Source of the DNA: Bdellovibrionales bacterium
GTDB lineage: Bacteria; Bdellovibrionota; Bdellovibrionia; Bdellovibrionales; UBA840
Direction: 5' to 3'
Assembly (NCBI GenBank): GCA_045110695.1
Contig: JBGCGH010000043.1
Location: 12,755 to 76,754, forward strand
DNA length: 64,000 bases
A program made the position numbers and the translations under genes. Within the stretch, counting starts at the first letter, position 1, and each line of letters opens with the position of its first letter. The notes beneath the pieces were generated by a model. That model had not been told where the DNA came from and made no database searches. It was given only the letters and a program-made list of their open reading frames with translations. Of this stretch, positions 38,664-49,381 are shown piece by piece.

Positions 38664-40205
38664 ATGAATAAGGTTGCCATTTTAGATTTTGGTTCTCAAG
38701 TGACCCAGTTAATTGCCCGTCGGTTTCGCGAGTTTGGAGTCTATTGTGAGCTCTTTCCCTATGACGTAGATATAAAAAAACTAGAAGAATTCGCCCCCTC
38801 TGGGATTGTGTTGTCAGGTGGCGCTAGTAGCGTATATGACGACAACGCCCCTATTAGAGATCTTGAGCCTCTGTTATCTATGGCCCCAACACTGGGTATC
38901 TGCTACGGAATGCAATTGATTTGTCATCAACTTGGAGGGCAAGTTAAGGCCGCGGATAACCGAGAGTATGGTTTGAATCAAGTCCGATGGAAGAATTGTT
39001 TTTCAGATAATTTTTCAAAAAAACTCGCTGGGAATAGTCAAAAAGTTTGGATGAGCCATGGTGATTTTGTTGAGAAAACTCCCGCTAATTTTGAGCTTCT
39101 GGCAACTAGCGAGGGAGGGCACCCGGCGGCCATAAGGTCTGATCGAGTATGGGCCGTTCAGTTTCACCCGGAAGTAACTCATACGGAATTTGGCTCCGAA
39201 ATTTTAAAAGCCTTTCTGTTTGATCTATGTAAAATTGAGGCCGATTGGCAACCAAAAGAAATAGTGAGTCAGTTAAAAGAAAATATTCAAAAACAAGTAG
39301 GGGATGATGATCATGTTCTTCTTGGGATCAGTGGTGGAGTAGATAGCTCCGTTGTGGCGAGTCTTCTAACCAGTACATTAGGACCTGAGAGAGTGCATTG
39401 TGTTTTTGTAAACAATGGTCTTCTTAGAAAAAATGAATACCTTCAAGTTTTGGAACTTTACAAGGGTATTGGTCTAAACGTGCACGGTGTGGACGCTGAG
39501 GAACGTTTTTTAAGTGAGTTAAGGGGAATCAGCGATCCGGAGAAAAAGCGCAAAACTATTGGTAGAGTTTTTATTGAGGTTTTTGATCAAAGTGTAAAAG
39601 ATCTGGGATTAAACTGTAAATTTTTAGCCCAAGGCACATTGTATCCCGATGTGATCGAGAGTGTTAGTCTTAGGGGGAGTGGTGTAACTATTAAGAGTCA
39701 TCACAATGTAGGTGGACTTCCAGAAAAAATGAATATGTCCCTCGTAGAACCATTACGGGAACTCTTTAAAGATGAAGTAAGAGCGATAGGTAGGGAGTTG
39801 GGATTACCTTCAGAGGTTCTGATGAGACATCCTTTCCCTGGTCCAGGCCTTGCTGTTAGAATTCTTGGAGATATAACTAGGGAAAAAATTGAGATTTTGC
39901 AAAATGCAGACAACGTGTTTATCTCAAGCTTAAAAGAAAGTGGACTCTACGATGAGATATGGCAGGCTTTTGTGGCTTTACTCCCTGTCCAGTCCGTTGG
40001 AGTTCAGGGTGACGGTAGGAGCTACGAGAGAGCTTGCGTACTAAGAGCTGTGACTAGCCAAGATGGCATGACGGCAGACTGGTTTGATTTTCCACCAGAT
40101 TTTATGCGTAAAGTATCGAACCGGATTACCAATGAAGTGAAGGGAATCAATCGAGTGGTTTACGATATAACCTCAAAACCTCCCGGTACCATTGAGTGGG
40201 AATAG
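38664..40205 (+). CDS. guaA: GMP synthase (glutamine-hydrolysing)
   Basis: 513 aa. GATase GICYGMQ. PP-loop SGGVDSSV. C-terminal GGLP......EPL and ...PPGTIEWE. Confidence 0.97.
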   Translation: MNKVAILDFGSQVTQLIARRFREFGVYCELFPYDVDIKKLEEFAPSGIVLSGGASSVYDDNAPIRDLEPLLSMAPTLGICYGMQLICHQLGGQVKAADNREYGLNQVRWKNCFSDNFSKKLAGNSQKVWMSHGDFVEKTPANFELLATSEGGHPAAIRSDRVWAVQFHPEVTHTEFGSEILKAFLFDLCKIEADWQPKEIVSQLKENIQKQVGDDDHVLLGISGGVDSSVVASLLTSTLGPERVHCVFVNNGLLRKNEYLQVLELYKGIGLNVHGVDAEERFLSELRGISDPEKKRKTIGRVFIEVFDQSVKDLGLNCKFLAQGTLYPDVIESVSLRGSGVTIKSHHNVGGLPEKMNMSLVEPLRELFKDEVRAIGRELGLPSEVLMRHPFPGPGLAVRILGDITREKIEILQNADNVFISSLKESGLYDEIWQAFVALLPVQSVGVQGDGRSYERACVLRAVTSQDGMTADWFDFPPDFMRKVSNRITNEVKGINRVVYDITSKPPGTIEWE

Positions 40206-40359
40206 CTCCTTATTTAAGCTAATCCGAAGCAGCACCATAAAAGAAGTTTAATGCGATTGGTTAAGTTCGCTTTAATGCAATCTGAGCTCCGTTTCAAAGC
40301 TATGTTCTAATGACAAACTGAGGATTTTTGGTAGAATTTGGTCCGTTAGAGGTGTTCCT

Positions 40360-43300
40360 ATGTCATTTGCCCATCTTCATGTTCATTCTATGTACTCACT
40401 CTTAGAGGCGAGTTGCCCACCTAAAAAGCTGGCTAAACTTGCTGCCGAAATGGAAATGCCAGCCATTGCCTTAACCGACAATGGAAATTTGTTTGGTGCC
40501 ATCGAGTTTTATCATGCTTGTCAGCGCGAGGGTGTGAAACCAATTTTAGGGATTGATGCCTATATCGCTCCTAAATCAAGATTAGTAAAAGGGGAAGATC
40601 GGGAAGCGGCGAAGATGCCTAACCGAAGAGTGGTTCTTCTAGCAAAAAATTATGAGGGGTATCAGGCTTTATGTAGAATTAGTTCCATTGGTTTTCAAGA
40701 AGGTTTCTATTATAAGCCAAGGATAGATTACGAAGTCTTAAAAGAGAACGCCGGGAATTTAATTTGTCTCAGTGGTGGTCCAAGAGGGGACATACCTTTT
40801 ACTTATTTGGAGCATGGTGAAGAAGCTGCCATTGAAAAATTACATTTCTATAAAGATCTTTATGGTGATGATTTTTACCTAGAGCTTTGTAGAACAGGTG
40901 TTGGTTTATGGAGAGATCTAAACGAGTTTTTATTGAAGGCGGCCAAGGAGTACGGGATAAATGTTGTTGCCTCTAATGATGTTCACTATTTGAAATCAGA
41001 GGAAAGCCTTGCTCAAGAGGTTTTAATTTGTATTGGAACCAATAAAACTCTTCAAGATGAATCGCGCTTTCGTCTAGGTTCTGATCAATTCTATTTAAAA
41101 AGCCCTGCTGAAATGCAGGAATTATTTAAAGACATACCCGAGGCTCTAGAGAATACTCTTAAAATTGCAGACAAAGTTGATATAGTTTTTGACCTTGAAG
41201 ACGAAGATGGAAGAAGAAAATACCATTTGCCTCTTTATCCCACCCAGGCTGGTCGGACCATGGCTGAGCAAATTCGCGTCGACACCTTAGAGGGTCTTGA
41301 GGAGCGCCGCAAAGAGGCGGAACTCAGAGATGAGCCCATAAAAGATGAAGATATGCAAACCTACTTGGAGCGTATTGATTACGAACTTGGCGTAATTAAC
41401 TCCATGGGATTTAACGATTACTTTTTGATCGTAAAAGATTTCATTCAATGGGCGAAGGATGAAGACATACCCGTAGGTCCGGGGCGAGGTTCTGGAGCTG
41501 GCTCATTGGTTGCCTACTGCTTGATGATTACGGATTTAGATCCGATTCCACATAGTTTGATTTTCGAGAGGTTTTTAAATCCTGAACGTATTTCTATGCC
41601 CGATTTTGATATTGATTTTTGTCAGGCGCGAAGACAACAGGTTATCCAGTATGTGACCGAGAAGTACGGTGAGGCATCCGTTTCGCAAATCATTACCTTT
41701 GGAAAGTTACAGGCCAGAGCTGCTATTAGAGATGTGGGCAGAGTTTTAGGAATGACTTTTCAAGAAGTGGATGTTGTAGCCAAGTTGATGCCCGATCGCC
41801 TTGGTATTAGTTTAAAAGAGGCAATAGATGAAGAATCTCGTTTAAGAGATTTAATGGAGCTTGATCCAAAAATAAATACATTGATGGAATTAGCTCAAAA
41901 GATAGAGGGACTGACACGGCATGCTTCCATACATGCTGCGGGTGTGATTATATCGGACAAACCTCTTGTTGAATACGCGGGGCTGTATCGAGGCTCAGCC
42001 GATGAGAATGTTGTTCAATATGATATGGGTAACTCTGAGAGTATTGGGCTTATCAAGTTTGATTTCCTGGGGCTAAAAACACTTACTCTGATTTATGATG
42101 CTTTAAAGTTAGTGGAGCTCAATAGAAACAAAACGATTCAACCTCATGAAATTTCTATGAAAGACCCGGGTATCTATGAAATTATGTGTGAAGGGGATAC
42201 GGCAGGTGTGTTTCAGTTTGAAGGCGGTGGTATTACCGAATTCATTAAAAAATCACGTCCAAATTCCTTTGAGGACATAACAGCCGTTACAGCCTTGTAC
42301 CGTCCAGGTCCCATGCAGTTCTTGGATGAGTACAATGGTCGAAAACATGGTAAAATCAAAATTCAGTATCTATTTGAGGAGCTGGAACCCATATTAAGTG
42401 AAACTTACGGTATTATTGTTTATCAGGAACACGTGCAGCTCATCGCCGCAAAGATCGCAAACTACTCCCTTGGTGAAGCGGATATGCTCCGAAGAGCGAT
42501 GGGTAAAAAGAAACCTGAAGAAATGGCCAAGCAAAAGACTCGTTTTTTAGCTGGAGCAAAAGAAAATGGTTTTGACTTAAAAAAAGCGGAAGAGTTGTTT
42601 GAGCAGATGGCACAGTTTGCCCAGTATGGTTTTAACAAGTCCCATGCAGCGGCCTATTGTGTGATCTCAGCGCAAACGGCTTGGATAAAACGTTATTATC
42701 CGATTGAGTTTTTCGCAGCCACTCTTTCTACGGAAATGAACAATACCGATAAGGTCGTTCAGTATATAAAGGATGCCAGGGATCACGATATCGATGTGAG
42801 GGCGCCACATATTAACTACTCTCGGAGAAAATTTACCGTCGAGGGGGAGACTGTATTTTTTGGTCTGGGTGCAATTAAAGGTGTAGGGGATAGTGCCGTT
42901 GAAGCTATTATTGAAGCAAGACAAAGTATGGAGAAAAAGCAATTTGATAGTTTGGAAGAGTTTTTTGATAATATTGATTTAAGACGAATTAATAAAAAAG
43001 TAGTAGAGTGTTTGATTAAAGCTGGTGCCTTGGATGGCTACGATGCAAGTCGAGCTCAATTGCTAGCTGGCTACGGTCGATATATGGAGCGTGCCGATGT
43101 TAAGAGAAAGGATCGAGAGGTAGGTCAGACGAATCTATTTGAAATGGATCCCAATCAAGAAGAGAAAGTGAGTCTCCCTGATTTGGAGGATTGGTCTAAA
43201 ACTCAAAAGTTAGCCTTCGAAAAAGAAGTATTGGGTTTCTTTTTAAGTGATCATCCTCTGAATGGTTACGAGGGAATTATGCGACCTTTTGTAAGTCACC

Positions 43301-43824
43301 CGATCAATAGCCTTACCCAATTGGAGAAAAAGCAAAAAGTGGCTGTTTCAGGTTTGGTTGCAACTTATAGAGAGTTTGTTACTAAGAAAGGAACCCGAAT
43401 GGCATTTGGTCAGATAGAGGATCTTAGTGGTGGTACGGAGTTAATCATCTTTCCAGACATATACGCTAAAGTAGAGGATCTTTTAAAAGAGGAAGTGCCA
43501 GTTGTTGTCAGCGGAACTTTCGAAAGAGATGACAGAGGTGAAAAAATTATCGTCGAAAAAATGGATTCCCTAGAGAAAAGGATAAAAGGATCCAAGAGAA
43601 TGTTATTTCAAATGAGAGAGGAAATGCTCGATAGAATGGATCGCTTGAAAGACGTTTTTGAAAATCATAGGGGAGAGACGACAGTTAGTTTCAAAATAGA
43701 TGTAGGTGAGGTTGGTCGTGATGTTTATTTGGACCTTCCCGAGTTTCCGGTTGAAATCAGTAATGCCCTGTTGGAAGATGTGGGTAAGATTTACGGTGGA
43801 ACTGAATTTGTAAGTTTACAATAA
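40360..43824 (+). CDS. dnaE: DNA polymerase III alpha subunit
   Basis: 1154 aa. PHP domain FAHLHVHSMYSLLE. Polymerase core GPGRGSGAGSLVAYCL.ITDLDP, PDFDIDF, FNKSHAAAY. Confidence 0.97.
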   Translation: MSFAHLHVHSMYSLLEASCPPKKLAKLAAEMEMPAIALTDNGNLFGAIEFYHACQREGVKPILGIDAYIAPKSRLVKGEDREAAKMPNRRVVLLAKNYEGYQALCRISSIGFQEGFYYKPRIDYEVLKENAGNLICLSGGPRGDIPFTYLEHGEEAAIEKLHFYKDLYGDDFYLELCRTGVGLWRDLNEFLLKAAKEYGINVVASNDVHYLKSEESLAQEVLICIGTNKTLQDESRFRLGSDQFYLKSPAEMQELFKDIPEALENTLKIADKVDIVFDLEDEDGRRKYHLPLYPTQAGRTMAEQIRVDTLEGLEERRKEAELRDEPIKDEDMQTYLERIDYELGVINSMGFNDYFLIVKDFIQWAKDEDIPVGPGRGSGAGSLVAYCLMITDLDPIPHSLIFERFLNPERISMPDFDIDFCQARRQQVIQYVTEKYGEASVSQIITFGKLQARAAIRDVGRVLGMTFQEVDVVAKLMPDRLGISLKEAIDEESRLRDLMELDPKINTLMELAQKIEGLTRHASIHAAGVIISDKPLVEYAGLYRGSADENVVQYDMGNSESIGLIKFDFLGLKTLTLIYDALKLVELNRNKTIQPHEISMKDPGIYEIMCEGDTAGVFQFEGGGITEFIKKSRPNSFEDITAVTALYRPGPMQFLDEYNGRKHGKIKIQYLFEELEPILSETYGIIVYQEHVQLIAAKIANYSLGEADMLRRAMGKKKPEEMAKQKTRFLAGAKENGFDLKKAEELFEQMAQFAQYGFNKSHAAAYCVISAQTAWIKRYYPIEFFAATLSTEMNNTDKVVQYIKDARDHDIDVRAPHINYSRRKFTVEGETVFFGLGAIKGVGDSAVEAIIEARQSMEKKQFDSLEEFFDNIDLRRINKKVVECLIKAGALDGYDASRAQLLAGYGRYMERADVKRKDREVGQTNLFEMDPNQEEKVSLPDLEDWSKTQKLAFEKEVLGFFLSDHPLNGYEGIMRPFVSHPINSLTQLEKKQKVAVSGLVATYREFVTKKGTRMAFGQIEDLSGGTELIIFPDIYAKVEDLLKEEVPVVVSGTFERDDRGEKIIVEKMDSLEKRIKGSKRMLFQMREEMLDRMDRLKDVFENHRGETTVSFKIDVGEVGRDVYLDLPEFPVEISNALLEDVGKIYGGTEFVSLQ

Positions 43825-43836
43825 AGGAAATAGATA

Positions 43837-45006
43837 ATGCGGGTTTGTTACATAATATTTTTATTTTTTAGTATTTCTCTGAGTTCTGCTATCACCGAAA
43901 CAGACGATGTTACTCTTGCCGCAAGTAGCTCCAAGAAGGATCGCTATCTTGCTGAAAAAGAAATACAAGAAAAGTTAATACTTCAGATCGGGACCACTTA
44001 TGTTAAAAGAATTGTGGGGCCAGAAGAGTTCAATAGAAAAAAAAACAACTTCGAGAAACTTATTCGTAGGCAGTATGGTAAGTTCATTCCCTTTGTTAAG
44101 CCCCGCTCTATGAAAGCTACTAATAGCGGTTATATGGGTGAGATTTTGTTCAAGATATCTCCGGCGAGCTTGAGAGAAGTTTTGGCTACCGAGGGCTTAC
44201 TTTACGAAAGTACTAAGGCCATTAGTGTTCTACCAGTAATTAGCTTCCTAGATACATTCGCTGCAAAAGACTATCGTTGGTGGACAGTTCAAGAGGGTAG
44301 AGAGGATGCATTTTTGTCGAAGCTTAAGTTTCAGTTTCAAAATAGTCTTCAAACGGAATTGTGGTCCGAAGGAGCCTATCTAATAGATCCTACAAAGTTT
44401 GAACTAGGAAAGTTTCTACCTAAGGATTTGAAAATATCTTCCTTCAGAAGAGCTGATTTACAGCGCCTCGGGAAGAGGTATTCAGCTGATATTATCTTAT
44501 ATGGTAAGATGAAAGTAAGCATGAGTCAGGAAAGTTCTGAGCAAAGTGACGTGGTACTTGAAACAAAGGCTTATCTAAGCTCTGATATGAAAATTGTCGC
44601 TGAAACTTCGCATCAGTGGATTACCCCGGCCGGGCCCTATAAAGCGGTAGTTTCTAGTCAGATGAAAAACTATTTGGACGAGTCTATTGTAAATTTAAAG
44701 GATCAGATTTTAGATTCCTGGAAGAAGGGAAAGTTTGGAACGACAGAGATATTATTGAGTCTAAAGGGGGACTTAAGTTTTGATGAATTTCAGAACTTGA
44801 AGCGCCAAATTAAAGCTTCCAATTACCAAATTAAAAACTTGTCTGATAGAAGAATAGGAAATGGTAGCTTTACTCTTCTATTGGAAATTGCCGGTCCCAC
44901 AAAGAACCTTTCGAAAGAATTAGAGGCTTTAAAGCTTAACGGCGTTAAGATGAAATCTATGAGCTCTGGAAGTGATGAACTAGTGTTTAATGTAAGTAGG
45001 AACTAG
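43837..45006 (+). CDS. Hypothetical secreted protein
   Basis: 389 aa with a signal peptide. 12 nt downstream of dnaE. Confidence 0.5.
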   Translation: MRVCYIIFLFFSISLSSAITETDDVTLAASSSKKDRYLAEKEIQEKLILQIGTTYVKRIVGPEEFNRKKNNFEKLIRRQYGKFIPFVKPRSMKATNSGYMGEILFKISPASLREVLATEGLLYESTKAISVLPVISFLDTFAAKDYRWWTVQEGREDAFLSKLKFQFQNSLQTELWSEGAYLIDPTKFELGKFLPKDLKISSFRRADLQRLGKRYSADIILYGKMKVSMSQESSEQSDVVLETKAYLSSDMKIVAETSHQWITPAGPYKAVVSSQMKNYLDESIVNLKDQILDSWKKGKFGTTEILLSLKGDLSFDEFQNLKRQIKASNYQIKNLSDRRIGNGSFTLLLEIAGPTKNLSKELEALKLNGVKMKSMSSGSDELVFNVSRN

Positions 45007-45053
45007 TCCAAAGTACCCTTGGATCTAGGCAAAATATTGGCTAAAATGATAAT

Positions 45054-45980
45054 ATGAAAATGAAAGTCTTATTGTTAGCTTTTAGTTGTGTGAGTCTGCT
45101 TAGTTGCACTGGTCTAAAGCGCTCCGAAAGTGCCCCGACACAAACAAAGTATGTTCCAATGCAGGCAAGAGGTGCGATGGGACTCCGTAAAAGAGTGGTA
45201 GTTCTACCATTTATCGATATGGTACCAGGAAGAAGTATGAAGGTTGCTGACCGTTCTCGATCGGCTTTTATAAGAAATATTTTAAAGACTAACCAGTTTG
45301 TTGCAATCAAGCCCTCTGACCTACCACAAGACGTAGAACGCTTTCGGATGACAGATAAATATAATCTTGAAGCACTTTCTAAAATGGCGAGCGGCTCAGA
45401 TGTTAAAGCAGTTATCGAAGGGAGCATTTTAGATCTCCGAGCTAAGAAACTGGGTGATCAAGTAGGAGTCTTTAGAAAAATCAGAGCGCAGGTAACTGCA
45501 AGTATTAAAATCAGAGTTTTTTCCACCGAAAACCAAAAACTGATATATGAGGATATTCGCGAGGCCACGGTTGAAACAAACACACGAGTTATGGGTAAAC
45601 ACAATCCCTCTAGTCGTGGTTTAGATGAAGACCCAAATCTGATCCGGGCTGCTATCGACAAAGCCATGCGTGGGAGTGTGGGCGGAATCGCAAAAAGTAT
45701 TGATAAATTGAACTGGAAAGGCCGTATTGCCATGATCCAAGGAGATAGAATTTTTGTAAATGCCGGTAGGCTGAGTGGCCTTCAAGTGGGGGACATTCTG
45801 AGGGTTTCTAGTGAGGGACAACAGATTTATGACCCTGAGACAGGTGTTTTCATTGGTAAAGCGCCAGGTCGCTCAAAAGGCACCATCGAGCTTGTTAAGT
45901 ATTTTGGTAACGATGGCGCAGTAGCTATTATTCATTCTGGTGGTGGCTTTACTCAAAATGATATTGTAGATATTTATTAG
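45054..45980 (+). CDS. Hypothetical lipoprotein (CsgG/LpoB-like N-terminal pattern, weak)
   Basis: Lipobox LLSC. The VVVLPFID motif resembles CsgG/LpoB-type lipoproteins. The antisense ORFs here (45041..45427, 45458..45733, 45621..45821) are rejected. Confidence 0.5.
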   Translation: MKMKVLLLAFSCVSLLSCTGLKRSESAPTQTKYVPMQARGAMGLRKRVVVLPFIDMVPGRSMKVADRSRSAFIRNILKTNQFVAIKPSDLPQDVERFRMTDKYNLEALSKMASGSDVKAVIEGSILDLRAKKLGDQVGVFRKIRAQVTASIKIRVFSTENQKLIYEDIREATVETNTRVMGKHNPSSRGLDEDPNLIRAAIDKAMRGSVGGIAKSIDKLNWKGRIAMIQGDRIFVNAGRLSGLQVGDILRVSSEGQQIYDPETGVFIGKAPGRSKGTIELVKYFGNDGAVAIIHSGGGFTQNDIVDIY

Positions 45981-46031
45981 ACTCAAAGGCTGTCATTGCC
46001 AGTTCAATATCGATAGTTTAAAACATCTTTT

Positions 46032-46673
46032 ATGAGTGAAAAAATAAGTAAAATTATAAAGGCAAGTTTTGAGGAATCCGAAAATCTTCAGCTGAACTAT
46101 ATGGAAGACGTGAAGAAAGATCTTTCTCGATGGTTCCTTTTATCAGTAGAGTATCAGCCTCTAATCACTCTTGGAAGGCGTCTTTCTCAATCGCCGGAAT
46201 TAGAAAAATGGAAAATCCCCAAACATGATGTTGTATTTACAGACAGAGGCGGAGAAGCAACCATCCATAATCCTGGTCAGCTTGTTATTTACCCCATATT
46301 TCATTTGCCGAGCTATGGTTTCACGGTAAAAAGCTATGTTCACCAGTTGGAAGCATGCTTGATTTCTTTATTAGAATCTTACGGTATTTCTGGGCATAGA
46401 GTTTGTCAGCGACCGGGTATTTTTACTGATAGAGGTAAAATAGCCTCTATTGGAATTAGAGTTCAGAGAGGTATTAGTAAGCATGGGTTAAGTTTGAATG
46501 TTTGTAATGATCTTAAGAATTTTAAAAAAATTAGCTGCTGTGGCGTTGAACAGTCTACGGTAGATTCTATGGAAAATTATGTTTCTAGCTTAGATTTGAA
46601 TTTAGTGAACTCAAAATTCCAGAAGATTTTGATAGAAAAAATATTTAATTATGAAGAAATAAACTCACAATAA
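46032..46673 (+). CDS. lipB: Octanoyltransferase (lipoyl(octanoyl) transferase)
   Basis: TDRGGEATIHNPGQLVIYPIF, GKIASIGIRVQRGISKHGLSLNV, SCCG. Confidence 0.85.
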   Translation: MSEKISKIIKASFEESENLQLNYMEDVKKDLSRWFLLSVEYQPLITLGRRLSQSPELEKWKIPKHDVVFTDRGGEATIHNPGQLVIYPIFHLPSYGFTVKSYVHQLEACLISLLESYGISGHRVCQRPGIFTDRGKIASIGIRVQRGISKHGLSLNVCNDLKNFKKISCCGVEQSTVDSMENYVSSLDLNLVNSKFQKILIEKIFNYEEINSQ

Positions 46674-46709
46674 AGAGATTTTTAAATAGAAAGTTTGTAT
46701 GAAGTTAAA

Positions 46710-46786
46710 TGGTGACTCCTACGGGATTCGAACCTGTGACCTCCACGATGTCAACGTGGCGCTCTAACCAACTGAGCTAAGGAGTC
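46710..46786 (-). tRNA. tRNA-Val (anticodon GAC), CCA encoded
   Basis: Hand-folded cloverleaf from the reverse complement. Acceptor GACTCCT/AGGAGTC, D arm GCTC-AGTTGGTTA-GAGC, anticodon arm CCACG-TTGACAT-CGTGG, variable AGGTC, T arm ACAGG-TTCGAAT-CCCGT (one A.C mismatch), then A-CCA. Confidence 0.9.
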
Positions 46787-47031
46787 CTTTAAGACTACTT
46801 TTTATATCGGATAAATAGGCTTGTCATGGCTTTTTTAGACAAAAAGCGAGACCTCTTACTGTCAAAGTACAATTCTAAGTAAAACCCCTTAGCGCTACAT
46901 TTGAGTTATATTGCTGCAAACTTGGGTTATTCAATAGAATGAAGATTCTAAGAAAAAGTCATTGAATTTATCGAACCGAATCATTGACACAAATTTAGGT
47001 ATTATAAAAAGGTCAATCTTAGCTATTACAA

Positions 47032-47328
47032 TTAATTTTCTGGATCAGTCCCAGCTAGTTTTTTACGGAGGTAATTTTCATAGTTTTTTAGAAGAATTGC
47101 CACTAATTCGTCCTCATTTATTTTACAAAGCTCGGTTACGATGGCTAAGTGTCCTGGTGAATAAGCGCAGAGACCTCGTTCAACATTCGAAACAAACTGA
47201 GGAGATTTGAATCCCAGTTTTGTCGCTAGGTCTATCTGTTTGAGTCCGCAAGCCTTTCTTTGTTTCTTAAAAAAAGCACCTATTTGCTCATTGTATGGGA
47301 TAGATGTGATGTGTATGTCCTTGCTCAT
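47032..47328 (-). CDS. XRE-family helix-turn-helix transcriptional regulator
   Basis: 98 aa. FKKQRKACGLKQIDLATKLGFKSPQFVSNVERG. Confidence 0.75.
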   Translation of the reverse strand: MSKDIHITSIPYNEQIGAFFKKQRKACGLKQIDLATKLGFKSPQFVSNVERGLCAYSPGHLAIVTELCKINEDELVAILLKNYENYLRKKLAGTDPEN

Positions 47329-47363
47329 TACTTGGTCCTTCGAAAAATGGATTGCAAAAGTTT

Positions 47364-48074
47364 TTAGCTCGCTATTGAACTCAAAGCTAAGTCGGGATTA
47401 AATCTGTATCCAGATCCATAAACGCTCTCGATGCAGCCTGCCAAATGTATTAATTTTTTTCTAATACTTGTGATATGGGTATCAACATTTCTTGCCTGTA
47501 TATGGATCGAGTCGCCCCAAATTTTCTCAATAATTTCGTCTCTACTAAAAACCTGATGACTGTGTTTTGCTAAATAGCATAAAATTTTAAATTCTATTGG
47601 TGTGAGGTTGATTCTATTTTCAATATTTTGGGAGACTAGTGAAACCGATTGAACTACCAAATCAATTTTTAATTGGTTCAAATCTATGATTTTATCTAAA
47701 GCTTTGGACTGATTTTTATTGATTTTATTTTCTATCCTAGCAGTGAGCTCAACAGGATGAAAGGGTTTCTCCATATAGTCATTGGCCCCCAAATTAAGAC
47801 CTAAAACCTTATTCTCTATAGATATTTTTGATGAGAGAATTATAGTTGGTATATCCTTGAGTAGGCTATATTGTTTCATATAACTTATAATTTGATATCC
47901 GTTTCCATCAGGTAAGATGAGATCCAATAGAATTAGATCGTATTTTCTAAGTTGTAGTTGTTCTGAGGCATCTTTAACCGTCGTAACATTAGTTAAGTGA
48001 TAACGGCTTTCTAGAGCATGTTGAATAGCTTTGAATGATATGTTGTCATCTTCTACGACAAGTAAGTTTTGCAT
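47364..48074 (-). CDS. OmpR-family response regulator (receiver + winged helix)
   Basis: LLVVEDD, DLILLDLILPDGNG, MEKPF. C-terminal LTPIEFKILCYL......FSRDEI......G......R.VD.HI..IRKK. Confidence 0.85.
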   Translation of the reverse strand: MQNLLVVEDDNISFKAIQHALESRYHLTNVTTVKDASEQLQLRKYDLILLDLILPDGNGYQIISYMKQYSLLKDIPTIILSSKISIENKVLGLNLGANDYMEKPFHPVELTARIENKINKNQSKALDKIIDLNQLKIDLVVQSVSLVSQNIENRINLTPIEFKILCYLAKHSHQVFSRDEIIEKIWGDSIHIQARNVDTHITSIRKKLIHLAGCIESVYGSGYRFNPDLALSSIAS

Positions 48075-48179
48075 ACTCTACCTCCTACAATCCTATCGGC
48101 TTTAGAATTAAAAGGTCTAGTTTTGTGAAAAGGTTTAAACAAAAGTTGGTGACTCTAGTTTCATTATGAGAATTTGTGC

Positions 48180-49379
48180 TTAAAATTCGATGTCTTCAAA
48201 TGGGTCTTCATCAGAATAAATTTCTTCATCGAGCACTTTTTCTTTTGGAATTTCGAATATAAACTCAGCTCCTGATTCAGCTAAGGGATTTAATACTAAG
48301 TCACCTCCATGGGCCACCATGGTCAATTTAGCAATGCTTAAGCTTAGCCCTGCTCCTTTGGAGTGAGTCTCGATATCTCCCAAAGTAGTGAACTCCTCAA
48401 AAATACTTTCGGAAAAATCATCTGGTATTCCTGGGCCGTGATCTCTCACATGAATATATACTTTTTCTTCATCTTCCCTAGCGGATATTACTACCGATGA
48501 ATTCTCCTTAGTAAATTGGATGGCATTACCAACAATATATTGGAAAGGTTTTTTCATCCTAGTTTTATCTATATATGCAGTTAGCTCTTCAGGTAGCTTT
48601 ATTTTAAGTTCCACTTGTTTTTCTTCAGCTACCAGGTGTAAATCTTCAATTGCATCGATAAAACAACTGCTTACGTTTTTCTGCGAAATGAAAAAAGGCA
48701 TCTTACCAGTTTTTAATTTTAGCAAATCCAACATGTTGTTTAGGATAAACATGAGGCTCTGACTCTCGCGATGGATGTCTTTATAGTATGTCATAATTTC
48801 ACTTTTATCTTCAACAATTCCAAGTGACAGGGTCTCTGTCATTGCAATAATTGCTGACAGTGGTGTTCTTAGTTCATGTGAACTTAGCGTAATTAATTTG
48901 TCCTTAGCCGCGGAAAGGTTTTTTAATTCTTCGTTTTGGGCTAGAATCTCAGAGTAACTTCGCATTAGCTCTTGCTGTTTTACTTGCACTTCTCTTTGAA
49001 GCTTTTTTTGGAAAGTTACATCCTGAAACATAATCATAATTTTATTGTTTGCCGATAAAAACCTTACACCTAAGTTGGCAATAATATTGATTCCATTAAA
49101 TCGCTTTAGCATTATATCTTGATAAAAGCCTCCATCTTGCAAAAAATCTTCTGAAAATATTCTGCTTTTTGATCTTGCTTCAACTGGATAAAGGCTTTGA
49201 AGGCTAATGCTATCCATTTTTAATTCAGGGGGGATTTCTAGGGTTTCTTTAGCTATAGGGTTCAAAAATACTGCTTGTCTAGTGTCTGCCGCAAACACGA
49301 TGATGCCCATCATCGAGAGGTTACTAACTTCCTCAAAATTTATAGATTCGTCGAGCTCTTTAACTTTTTTCTCTCCCAT
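48180..49379 (-). CDS. Cytoplasmic sensor histidine kinase (PAS-like + HisKA + HATPase_c)
   Basis: H-box LSSHELRTPLSAI, N-box NAIQFT, G-boxes DHGPGIP and GAGLSLSIAK. No TM helix. Confidence 0.85.
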   Translation of the reverse strand: MGEKKVKELDESINFEEVSNLSMMGIIVFAADTRQAVFLNPIAKETLEIPPELKMDSISLQSLYPVEARSKSRIFSEDFLQDGGFYQDIMLKRFNGINIIANLGVRFLSANNKIMIMFQDVTFQKKLQREVQVKQQELMRSYSEILAQNEELKNLSAAKDKLITLSSHELRTPLSAIIAMTETLSLGIVEDKSEIMTYYKDIHRESQSLMFILNNMLDLLKLKTGKMPFFISQKNVSSCFIDAIEDLHLVAEEKQVELKIKLPEELTAYIDKTRMKKPFQYIVGNAIQFTKENSSVVISAREDEEKVYIHVRDHGPGIPDDFSESIFEEFTTLGDIETHSKGAGLSLSIAKLTMVAHGGDLVLNPLAESGAEFIFEIPKEKVLDEEIYSDEDPFEDIEF

Positions 49380-49381
49380 GA

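Noticed and set aside
45041-45821. Minus-strand ORFs 45041..45427, 45458..45733 and 45621..45821
   Set aside because: They are antisense to the 308-aa lipoprotein gene, which has a lipobox and continuous operon context with dnaE and the 389-aa gene.
46674-47031. Genomic island or integrase-mediated insertion at tRNA-Val
   Set aside because: There is no integrase or recombinase gene on either side, and I saw no direct repeat of the tRNA 3' end in the window. The adjacent signalling genes show no obvious compositional break.
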